From positions 33,232,001 through 33,296,000 of the forward strand of contig JANJGN010000026.1 of assembly GCA_026770705.1 (NCBI GenBank): a DNA stretch of 64,000 bases, read 5' to 3'. Positions 51,251 to 62,111 of this stretch are shown in pieces. The position numbers and the translations under genes were made by a program. Each line of letters starts with the position of its first letter. Position 1 is the stretch's first letter. The notes beneath the pieces were generated by a model that saw nothing but the letters and a program-made list of their open reading frames with translations, had not been told where the DNA came from and searched no databases. This DNA is from Isurus oxyrinchus. Its lineage: Eukaryota.

Positions 51251-54200
51251 ATAGCAAAACGTGCCATTTCTATTTGCCTCATGCAAAAAAAAATAAAATG
51301 TAAAATCGACGAGAAGCTAAAGTAACTTACAAATAAGTATTAATTGAAACGAGTAAAGGAGGAGAAAGAAATCAGTATTGAGTGCAAGAAGTGAGGAATA
51401 AGTTGTTGATGCTGTTCAAACGGACTTCAGAAGTGAAAGCGAGACAAGGAACGTTTGATAAAATGTAACTAAAATGTGCAATGTGCACACTCAGCGTATT
51501 TTAATAGAATAAAATGTTATTTGTTTAATTACATTTTGTATGCATGCTTCTTTCACAATGTCACGGTTAATCGCCCCTGATTGAACCAGAATCTCAGTAT
51601 TTCATTCCGTGCTGTGCCTGCTCTGGGGAGCATTTGATGGTACAGCATGGGAGGGCTTTACCCTGTATCTGTTCCTTGCTCCATCTACCCTGAAAGTGTT
51701 TTCTGGGGAGTTGCAGAGGGATTTGTATCTAACCCATGCCGTTAGTCTGGAAATGAGAGATTGGGCCGAGTAGAGGGAGATTTGTTCTGCATCATACCTG
51801 TGCTGTTCCTGTACTTGCAGTCTTTCATTCGGCCGTATCGAGAGAGAATTTCTCGGCATCTAATTGACACTTTTAGATGATGATCAATATAGATCGAAAT
51901 AAAATTTGTAAGGAACTGACATATACAAATTACAAAATGTTTATCAACCTTGATTGAATAACTTTAATTTTGATTGATGTCCATTCTTGATGAAGAGGCA
52001 AGACGTGACACAGGGCTTCCGTCCTTAGGAAATGAACACTGCAACTTTATCAACCGTGGAATTAGTAATGCAAAGTTTATGTCGTTAATGCAAATGAACA
52101 TCGTTTGTGTTAGTGACTTGGGCATACTAGGGAACTGAGGCCATAATCTCAGAAATGATGCAGAGAATAATCTTCAGCAACTAGAAAACAATAAAAACAA
52201 GATTTACAGTGCTAATAAAATCAACGTAACAGCATCTGTAATGAACTGGCATAATAATAATACAGGAAAATCATAAAGCAATATTTGAGAAGAAATGGAG
52301 AATCCGTGATTCACAGGCGGGATTCCACTGGATGGCTCTCCAGACCTCATCCTTGCCCCAAACTTACAGAACTCTCCGTTCTCTGTTGCTACACGTGGTG
52401 CCTTTGCTTTGTGACATCACACGGAACATGGTGGTGCATTAAAAGCAAGAGTTTATGATTAAACCGCAGGTGTTATGGCACAGGAGACTTACAGTGACCT
52501 CTACGAATCATTGTTTCCATGGCCCAATCACACATGGAGATCTGAAGAAGATGGCTAACAACGCTTTCAGCCAAAATAGCTCCTCAATGTGTCCTATTCA
52601 GACAGCGAGTTTTGTAAATCATTTTTTGACTGAATGTCGTTTTATTGGCGACAAATTGAAATTGTCTGGAAAATACCGACTCCCACTGTAACTGGAATCC
52701 TACTCTTCCACAACATCCCCGCCTCCTTCTGCGCAAGTAATATTTACCGGAATAAAATAATGACGACATTGCATATAGAGTGCATACGGAGATACAAATT
52801 AGGAGCAGGAGTAGCCCTATCGGCCTCTCGAGCTCACTTTGCCATTCACTAAGATCATGGCTGACATGATTGTGGCCTCAACTTCATTTTTCTTTCGACC
52901 CGTGATAATCTTTTACTCCTTTGTCAATCAAGAATCTATTTAAATCAGCTTTTATAATATTCAATGGCCCAGACTCCACCGCTTTCTGGGGAAGAGACTG
53001 TAAAGACTCACGACCCTCTGAGCGACAAAAAAAATCTCCTTATCTTAAATTGAAGACCACATATTTTTTAAACTCTGTCCCCTAGTTATGGTCTCCCTCA
53101 AAAGGGAAAACATATTTTCCACATCCACCTTATGGAGATAATAAATAGAGTGCACGTCTGTGTGAAGCACATCATTATTAATGTTTGCTAATGCATGCCC
53201 CTGGTTATCTTGAACTAAACGCTGTCTCATTTATTACTGCAGGCGACCATGCCTTTGTTTAATTTACATAAGATCATGCTGCCATTGTTATTGTACTTGA
53301 GCATGAGACATAACGGAAATCCCAGTCTCAGTTAGCAATGCAGTGCACCGTGCCTTTGTTCATGTTACCGTAGTTGCTGGCTCTAGTATTAATCAACTAC
53401 ACATTGTCTCCATCGCATTAAACCGCATCTCCTTTTATCAAATTAAATACCATCCCAGTGATTATGTCATGGCACCTTTTATCTCTATTCATATTACGTT
53501 AGAAACAGTTTTTCTTTCTGTAGCATTAGTCCTTCCCTGTCGCTCTTCATATACACTAGACCATGCTAATGTGCAAATATATGTAATGGAAGCAGGAACA
53601 GATCACTCGAACCCTCGAGTTCGTTCCACCAGTCAATAACATCCTGACTGACCTGATTGTAACATCGACCTCACATTCCCGCCAACCTCCGATAACCTTT
53701 CGCGCCACCTCGGCCACCGTGACACACTTTTGGGTTGGCCTGAGGTCGCGAAAAGCGCGGTTGACACCCACACAGCACTGGGCGATGTCAGTCGAACACT
53801 GCTCCCATGCTGGGTTTCTTAAAGAACTATTCAGTTAGCAAGAGAGGCGCTTCAACTCAGCGAACAAGGCGAAGACATCGGACTACAATGTTTGGAAGGG
53901 AGGGTGGGGGCGTTGGGGGTGGGAGTGCGGGGGTAAAAACAAAAACTGCTGGCTTTTTATAAAGAAGGAGCTGAAAGCCGGCCATGTTTGTATTGATGAG
54001 TAAACTGCAAATTTGTTTCCACTTTCCAGTAAATGACGTTATTCATTCTGAAAGGAAACGATTGTGTCCATTACTTCAGCCGTATTTCCCTTTAGAAATA
54101 GTAGATAACTGCCAGTTCGTTACACTCTCCTGCTCTTTTCACTTTGCCCCTCTTTTCCAGTATTTATCCAATTCCCATTTGGAAGTTACTGTTTAATCCG

Positions 54201-55925
54201 TGCCCAGCTTCCTTCCAGGCAGCACATTCGGGGCCAAAATTCACGTCTCAAAAATAACTCCTCATGTTACCAAATACGTTATTTTAAGTGTAAGGGCTAA
54301 ACGTGGAGATCGAGTCTCTGAGGTGTGGAGTTGTTGCTGAGAAAGAATGAATGAAAGAAAGAAAAACAATCAGGCATTTACATAGCGCCCTTCCCGGCCT
54401 CAGGGCGCCCAAAGGGCTTTACAGCCAATTAGAAACTGTTGTAACGCAGGAAACGCGGCAACAAAATGTGGGCAGAGCAAGATTCCACAAAAAGTAATGT
54501 GATAAATGAGCACAAAACTGGTCCCACTGGTGTTAAGTGAAGGATAAATATTGGCCAAGCGAACTGGGGGGAACACTTTGCTATTTTTTTTAAATTGTTG
54601 AATAGAGACAATGAGACATTTTGCAATTCACCTGAGGGCGTAAACATAGGCCATCGTTCATCATCTCACCCAGAAAGACAGCATGTTCGATGACTCAGGG
54701 TTCCTTCAGTACAGACAACAAGAGACTGTCGGCGATGGAATATGAGATTTACATACCTCGATTGAGGGAGCTTGAGTGGATGATTTGTTATTAAGGTGAC
54801 AGAGAGTTTTATGCACTGAGAGACTCTGATGGAAGAGGAATACCATGAGGGGATTTTATTATTTTTCACCAGTTAAGGATGTGATCTTACCTGTTTTTCC
54901 GGGGCGGGCAGAGGCGGAGGATGACAAGCACAGAATGCCCTGGGGGTTTCAGCATGAGCTTGGAATGTGCCAGTCTGCGCATACTCAGCCCAGTGATCTG
55001 CAGTGGGGAGCATTGCAGTCATCACCAAGGCGCCTGCGTGGTGATGGTGGCTCACAAACACGACAATGGGACACGGGCATGGTTACAGGTGGCGGGAAAA
55101 GATAAACCCAGGTTACTGTGTGAGTTGATCAGCAAGAAAGAGGGACCAGGCAGCAAACAGGATGCTGTTAGCTGGCTATGTAGAGCTGGGGCTCAGGAGA
55201 AGTCACAGATGCCGTTTGATAGCTCCGTGCACTTAGATTTCAGAAGCCCTGGGCAGTAGAGAAAGGCAGCAGAAGGTGGCAGTCTCCATGCTGCTAAGAG
55301 GGTTCGGGCTCAGTGGAAGCTGTGGGAGCCACTGATAGCTTGGTGCAGATGGGGAGATTGGAGCTCAGTAAAATGCCCGGGCAGTGGCAGCAGTGAAGCT
55401 AGCTGTATGTTCAAGAGCTGAAATTGTGCCAATGATTAGAGATTGATATGGAAAATCGGCATATAAGATCAAACCACCAGGAGGTGAACAGCCGTGAGGC
55501 AGTCCAAGTCAGAGCAGCTTTCGAGAGGATTCAGAGGGTTGTTCTTTGAAAATGAAGAGAGGAATCCCTCGTGAGGGAGACAAAGATTCTGTGGCTCACT
55601 GTGCTCACTGACGTCTTGGTGGTTTGCTGAGAAATCCATGGAATCTGTCTTGGTCTCATCTGCCTTTCAATATGCAATGAGGTCTGTTCAACCACAATTT
55701 GCTCACTATTTCATATTTACCTTATGTTAATTATGAATATTAGAGTATCAGGTTGATATTGCAAATTGTTTTACATTGTTCCATTTGCATGGTGCTGCCA
55801 AAGCTTATTTTGTTTATTCGAAACTGTGAAATATTGTGGCTGTATTCTGATAGTAAGCAACCGGGATTTCGAACTTTGTCTAATTTAAACAAAACATTAG
55901 TGGTCCCTAACTGCTTGATAACACA

Positions 55926-56817
55926 CTATTTAAAGCAAAAGGCAAGGGTCACAAAGGGACATTTCAGCACCTTCTGCAGCTTATCCCTGAACTTGGTCTG
56001 GGCTACTGCGAAGATGAAGATGTTATTGCAGGAACAGAATAACAGGAGCATGTTGGCTGTCTCCTGAAGGATGAAGTGCGGGTCATTGAAATCTAGGCCG
56101 GTGAAATAGGCATCATCCACAACCTGCACGTAGAGGAAATGTCCGACATAGGTGACCACCAGGAGGAGGAAGCTGAAGGAGGTGGCGAAGAGCAGGACAA
56201 TGGACCTCTTGCAGTTGGCAATCTCCGGGTCTCCATGACCATCGATGTCCCGGAGCATCCTGCGTGTTCTGCTAAGATGTGCCTTACGGTCAGGGTATTG
56301 AGCAGCTGAATGAGGTGGAACGGGAAGAAAGGGATCAAGGTGTGATCTAGCCAGTCGTAGGCGTGCCAGGTGGGCAAAATGTAGTAGCTGGACTTAATGT
56401 CACAGAACGAAAACACCCCGTCCAGAATATACAAGGGCTGGTAGGTGAAGTAGAAAGGGACGTTCTTGGTGCAGCCCAGGGCACTGACCAGTCCTATAAC
56501 CAATAACGCAGTTTTCTCGGTGCAGTATCTGGTCTTCGGGCCCTGACTGCAGATGGACACAAAACGGTCAAAAATTAAGGTCACTGTCAGCCAGACTGAG
56601 ACATCCCGGGTGGCATAGACAAGCACGGTGCTGACAGCGCACCCTGGAGTGGTAGATAGGACACTATACCTAAAGTAAATGCCACCAATCCAGTTGAGGA
56701 TAATGGCATCGCTCATGACAAGGACATCGGTCACCGCTATCGCCACCAGGTAGTTAGTGATGCATCGGGAGAGCCCGCACCGCCCTCGGGATAGGATTAT
56801 GATCACCACCAAGTTGG
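55926..56817 (-). pseudogene. GPR139/142-like GPCR pseudogene (exon 2 only), paralog of 47072-47973
   Basis: Two overlapping ORFs match the intact copy end to end. About 7 nt are deleted near 56273 (frameshift), the splice acceptor reads CAT instead of CAG, and exon 1 is absent. Confidence 0.88.
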
Positions 56818-57046
56818 ATGTAAGAAATAACAAGAGAGAAAAAAAACTGAGAGAACTCCAGACACCATCTACTGCCTCATCCAATCTATTGCTGAAACTC
56901 TGATGATCAGTCCCTTCACCACCTCCAGACTCCAATTATTCCAAATTAGTTGCTAACTGTTCGACATCCAATGTTGCATTGAACATTTGTCAACACAGAG
57001 GACATTACAATCAGTTCTGGTCACAAACTCTGCCCTCTATCCACTG

Positions 57047-57545
57047 CGCCTCGTCTTCCACACTCAGGCCGCTTATATTGAGATAACCGGACTGTTTAGA
57101 CTTGTCAGCAGCCGCCAGATATCGTCCTGAGATTTCATCTTTTCTCAGTCCTACTACTTTGGTAATTATCCAGCTTGGAGGCTGTGCCGATTTATGCCGA
57201 TACCATTGCATAATGTCTATAGCCTGGTCTGTATATTCGCAATCTAACTGCACCGAACCCCCTTCTGACACGGTTAACATCATTGGGGTCTGAGTTACTG
57301 GATCGGCACACAGTCCGCCTGTGAAAATAGAGAAACAGAAGAGTATACCGTTAAAGAGGATCCATCTAAACATCTAAATAACTGCGCAAATTCCCATGAA
57401 CAAAGCTGTTCATAATATGTATACATCTGCTCGTTAATCCTATTAATTGCTAGTGCAAACCCTTTGCCTCAATCTGCTAATGTGTTTTGATTAACATAAT
57501 CCAGTACTTACTGCCCCAGACAGCCGCCAGTATAATCAGAAACAT
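57047..57545 (-). pseudogene. 3'-truncated TCR V segment (leader 57512-57545, V exon 57047-57318)
   Basis: Leader MFLIILAAVWG with A|GTAAGT. V reads GLCADPVTQTPMMLTVSEGGSVQLDCEY...WYRH...YLNISGLSVEDEA, after which homology stops. YYC and the RSS are missing. Confidence 0.88.
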
Positions 57546-57747
57546 GTCTGTCCGAATCTCTTTCAGAGAATGTGAATGGAATGAGCCAGAGATTGAAGAG
57601 GAGAGAGGGAACACCGGCTTTGTTCCGCTCATTGTTCCACCCACACACTGCAGGGGGCCAGGCCCGTTGTGATCTCACTCAGGAAACCATCTCTATTGGT
57701 CTTGACGTTGGCCACACGTGACTTTCTAATTAGCATGCTTGGGCTTG

Positions 57748-57761
57748 GCGCCCTCTGCTGG
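57748..57761 (-). promoter_or_regulatory. CTCF-like motif upstream of a V leader
   Basis: Reverse complement CCAGCAGAGGGCGC matches the CTCF core. The paralogous site CCAGTAGAGGGCGT is at 62918-62931. Confidence 0.6.
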
Positions 57762-58813
57762 TGGATTCTGTTTTCATCCGGTTAAGGGGGCCATTGATTG
57801 GATTTGGGCTTTATTGATTTACATATCAAAATATGAATGTCATTTTTTTCCCAGAAGTCTAAATGGGAGCTGATCAGAATCAATCTTTTTTTCGTTGGTG
57901 TTTATGCAATATTTAAATAATATTAAACGTTTATAACTCGCTGTTTAGGGATCAGGGAACCACCATTTACATTGAATGTCAAGATATTGGAGGTAATACA
58001 CCAGAATGGTACCAGGAATGACGGCCCCCAATAATGGACGAAGGAAATTGGTAATACTATTCCTATGTCAAAGAATTAAAGGAAGTACTTAATTGAAGTA
58101 CTCAAAATTATGAGAGGTTTGATGAACCAGATCGTGTACTGTTGTTTCCACTGGGAGAAAATTCGATAATCCAAGTACCCAAGTTTAAGAGAAAAGAGAC
58201 AGGGAAAGTTTATATTCACTTATCACACTACCATGTGTTCAAATCTGAATTGTACTGTCTAAAGGGATGGCAAAATATTCATTAGAAACTTAGAGAAGAA
58301 AAGTATATGTAAGTTAGAAGAAAATTATATGCAACTTCAAAGAAGAAAAAAACTGCCGACCTTCGTGGAAAATGTGGGGTTGAAAGATGAATTGATAACT
58401 CTTCCCATGAGGCATAGACATGATAGGCCGAATTGCCTCAATTTCTTGCTCTAAGATTCGATGATTCTAGTTCCTTCATGTCCCTCCCACTTTACTTGTT
58501 GTCAGTCACTTGAACAGTCAGCAGGTGAGGGATAGTCATTGACCTTGAAGGTTCAACAGTCACTATTTCCGCTCCATCAGTTCCGAGTGCAGATGAGAAT
58601 CACCGCACACTTCACAATATTGAGTCTACGGTATCCCCTCCCACAGTTTCCGTTTGCTGCTCTCGCTCTGACTCGAGTTTGTTATTGGAGAAATTGCTGC
58701 CGCTGGTCCACTCCTGTCATTGGTTGGATCTGTAGTGCAGTGGGGTGGGGATTTGTATTTCTGCTCCGACAAAAGCCTCCTCGCACTGCAGAGTTACAGA
58801 CTCAGGAACTGTC

Positions 58814-59357
58814 ATGGGGAACCGTTTCGCTTTTTCCTCATCATTATGTCACTTCTCAGTAAATATTTCCTTCCTCATGAATAATCCGTTTCTTCTAATT
58901 ACTGTAACACAGATGTTGTACTTGACAAAGCAATATTGATGGTGATGGTGATGATTATGTTGATCAATATGAGGCTGATACTGATTGTTGTTATTGCTAT
59001 TGTCTTATGTTAGACTGGAGCCACCAAGACATAGTGGAACTGCCGGTTGCTGCAATAACGTTTGACGAGAAAAGTAATATTACAGTAGCTTGCACATTGA
59101 AAACAAGCACTTCTAACCATTATGTGTACTGGTACAGTCAGCGCCCCGAGCAGCCTCCACAGTACATGCTTTATATTCTGGGAGGGAAACCATTCAGAAA
59201 TAAGGACATCAGTGATCGGTTTTCAGCAATGTTTAATGAAACTGTAAAGATTACCGAACTCATGATCAGTAACATCCTGATCTCTGACAGCGCGGTATAT
59301 TTCTGTGCGATGGACCCCACACTGCTGCAGAGATATAGCGGCTACCGTACAAAAACC
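58814..59357 (+). CDS. TCR alpha/delta V segment (leader about 58814-58858, V exon 59014-59317, RSS 59318-59357)
   Basis: Open V exon DIVELPVAAITFDEKSNITVACTL...VYWYSQRPEQPPQYML...SDRFSA...ISDSAVYFCAMDP. RSS is CACACTG-24-ACAAAAACC. The leader ATG appears one base out of frame with the hydrophobic core. Confidence 0.85.
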
Positions 59358-60167
59358 CACACTGAGAGTTCCAGTTAGTGGTCAACAGAGGGCGCTCTCA
59401 AACCGAAAAACAGGAGCAATAATCCCGCCTCCACAGTGAGAAAAGTTGCAAAAAAACACAGCCTTCTACAAGAATAAAAAATGACAATTTCAACAGTAAT
59501 ATTAATTTGCGATTTCAAATTACACATGTAATAACATTAACATTACGGACCAATTTGTGGTGCCTTACGTCACTTCTTTCTCTTTGGATGCCTTTCCTGC
59601 CGATTTGATCCTTCTCCCGCCCTGTCTCCACGCGTTATCCATATTTGCAGACATTTCCTTCATCGGACTTTCGTTTAAAGGTTTCAAACCTTTGATACTT
59701 CGTTGAACATTAACTCAGAACTATGCTAACCCAGCCGTCCATAGGCTCTGTCCCAGTTTTAAACGGTTTAGCCAATGAAAACTCAATTTATTATTGAATT
59801 ATTTACTAATGCTGACACACGTGTTCACCCTGCTCGCCTCCAATTTGGAATAAATCTGAAAGAACAGCAGTTATTATCGAGAGGCAGAGATATATCACTT
59901 TCGAAGGGGACATTATTATTGAATTCAACTCCTTACAAATGGGTCCGATGTGTGACAACATTTACTGCTCTAGCGCCGCCCACACATTCCGTTTGCTGCC
60001 GTCGCTCTGACCCGCCTTGCCTCCCCTGTTATTGAGCAGTTTGATGCCGCTGCTCTCTGTTTGGCATTGTTTGGATCAGCAGTTCAGCGGGACGGGGCTC
60101 ACACAGCACAAACAAATTTTGATCAACACAGTTTAACCGCTTGATATTTCGTTCCTCTACCTTGAAG

Positions 60168-60488
60168 GCAGACTATGCGCACATCCAGTAACTGAGGCAC
60201 CGGTTGCAATAACGGTGTCAGAAGGGGGTTCGTTGCAGTTAGACTGTGAATATAGAGAACGGAATATGTATTACTTGCAATGGTATCGGCAGCAGACGGC
60301 ACAGCCTGCAAACTGGATTATTACCAATATCATAGCACTGAAGAAAGATGAAATTTCAGGACGATATCTGGCAGCTGCTGACCAGTCTCAAAAGAACGGT
60401 TACCTCAAAATCAGCCAACTGAGTGTGGAGGACGAGGCGGTTTATTACTGTGCAGTGAGGCACAGAGTTAGAATCTTGTAAAACAACC
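60168..60488 (+). CDS. TCR V exon (60168-60460), open frame, no leader, 12-spacer RSS-like signal (60461-60488)
   Basis: RLCAHPVTEAPVAITVSEGGSLQLDCEY...WYRQ...YLKISQLSVEDEAVYYCAVR, followed by CACAGAG-TTAGAATCTTGT(12)-AAAACAACC. Confidence 0.85.
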
Positions 60489-61075
60489 TCAGCGGCTTTT
60501 GATCCCGGGTTCCAGAGGAGCAAAACAGACAGGTCTATTTACCGCTGTTTTATTGTTCTGTTTGTCCTTGTCCAAATCCACAGAGAAGCAGATTTGGGAA
60601 ATATATAAACTTATCTTCATCCGCCTTTTATAGGGTAAATAGCTCCCAAATTACGCGGATATCGATATGCCAACAGAGGCAAAGAAAGCTCTCAGAAGTG
60701 GAGTTCCTATAACTGATAATTCTGGGTTGCTCTTACAGAACCGTTAACTCAGGTGGACCCAGGATGGATTGGTGGATGGGTGGATTGATTAGTTTTTATT
60801 GGGGAAAAATAATTCTATTATTTCGTTGGACGGGGGCGTGAATATCTTCATTCACATTGAACAAGTGCACTTTTTGAGACGATGGTCAATTAGATATCAA
60901 GCAATCTCTCAGATCAATTAGTCATCAAGGGTCTATATTTACTGGCCTCTCTGCTCAGCAGAATGCGCCGTTAAAGTCTTAGTTCTCGGAAATCAATAGT
61001 TTTGTGGTTATGGAATTGACATCAGACCAATGAGATCCAGTGATCTCAGCTCTTCCTTTGGCAGGTTCTGCAGGG

Positions 61076-61085
61076 AGTGACATCA
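61076..61085 (+). promoter_or_regulatory. CRE-like TCR V promoter decamer
   Basis: AGTGACATCA matches the TCR V decamer AGTGA(C/T)(A/G)TCA. A second TGACATCA lies at about 61017, upstream of the V at 61775. Confidence 0.55.
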
Positions 61086-61774
61086 GATCAGAAGCAGGCA
61101 GTGTTCTCAGCTTTTTCTTGTTTCATATTCTGCGGGTTTCTGACGCACAAATTGTCCCCCGAACCCCGGAGCAGCTGCAACGCGAATCTCCGTTCTCGCT
61201 GTGATCTGGGTGACATTCGTTGTCGGCAAGAAATTTAAAACATTTTTAAAGAAGGCTTCAGTTTCTGGAGGGATAAATATGAAGAAAAAGACTGGGGAAT
61301 TCATGTTAATCAAGCGCTGGACCTACGTTAGAGTGCACTTAAGTTATTGTCTGCAGACTTGGTATCTTCCTTATAAGAAGAATAAAGAAACGTAAAACAC
61401 AATGTAAAAATTAATTACAATGCTGATGCCAGAATTGAGAGATAATAACTCTCGAAGAACACTGAAGAGACTGGGCGTATTTCCTCGAGTAATCAGAAGA
61501 CTGATGGGTAACCGGACAGAGCTCTTTAACATGAGGAGGGGTTTCGATCCGGAAGATATGGGAAAGATGCATACAGTTGAGGAGAATTCCAAAACTTTGG
61601 CTCATAAATAAGAGTCACAGAAAGACCCAAAGGGGAATTCATGAGAAACTTCTTTCTCCTTTAGAATATGGAATTCGCTGTCAGAAGGAGGAGATGAGCA
61701 AAATTTTCAGTGTCAGTTCTTTTTAGTCGAACTTTTAGTCGATGGTTTCCATTTTCATTAACCGTGTCTTCCAG

Positions 61775-62111
61775 ATCTGATCCATGGAGATTCTGTTACT
61801 CACGCCGAATCCTCACAGGCAGTGGGAAAAGATGTCATTTTAACCTGCACCTATACTGACGATGTTTATTACTATTTCTGGTACCAGCAAGGCCCAGGCA
61901 TACAGTCCGAGTTTGCAATCTGCAGGCACAAGAGCGGCAGTTGTGAACTGAAGGCAGATTTCGCTCAGGACCGGTTTTCTGATACAGTCCACCAGTTAGG
62001 CAAGTTGTATCGATTGACCATCTCGGAGCTGCAGCTGTCTGACACCACGGTCTATTAGTGTGCACAGAGTCTCACAGCGATGGAACCGAGCGGAACCCTC
62101 GTACAACAACT
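61775..62111 (+). pseudogene. TCR V pseudogene with 23-RSS (62073-62111)
   Basis: DSVTHAESSQAVGKDVILTCTY...WYQQ...DRFSD...LTISELQLSDTTVY*CAQS, with a single TAG at 62056. RSS is CACAGCG-23-ACAACAACT. Confidence 0.88.

Noticed and set aside
54880-55923. Possible solo LTR next to the GPCR pseudogene (a similar candidate begins near 25447)
   Set aside because: TG...CA ends can be chosen, but I could not find a matching target-site duplication or internal coding sequence.
59358-59364. Second CACACTG right after the 59-kb V nonamer, as another tandem RSS
   Set aside because: No nonamer at 12 or 23 bp downstream.
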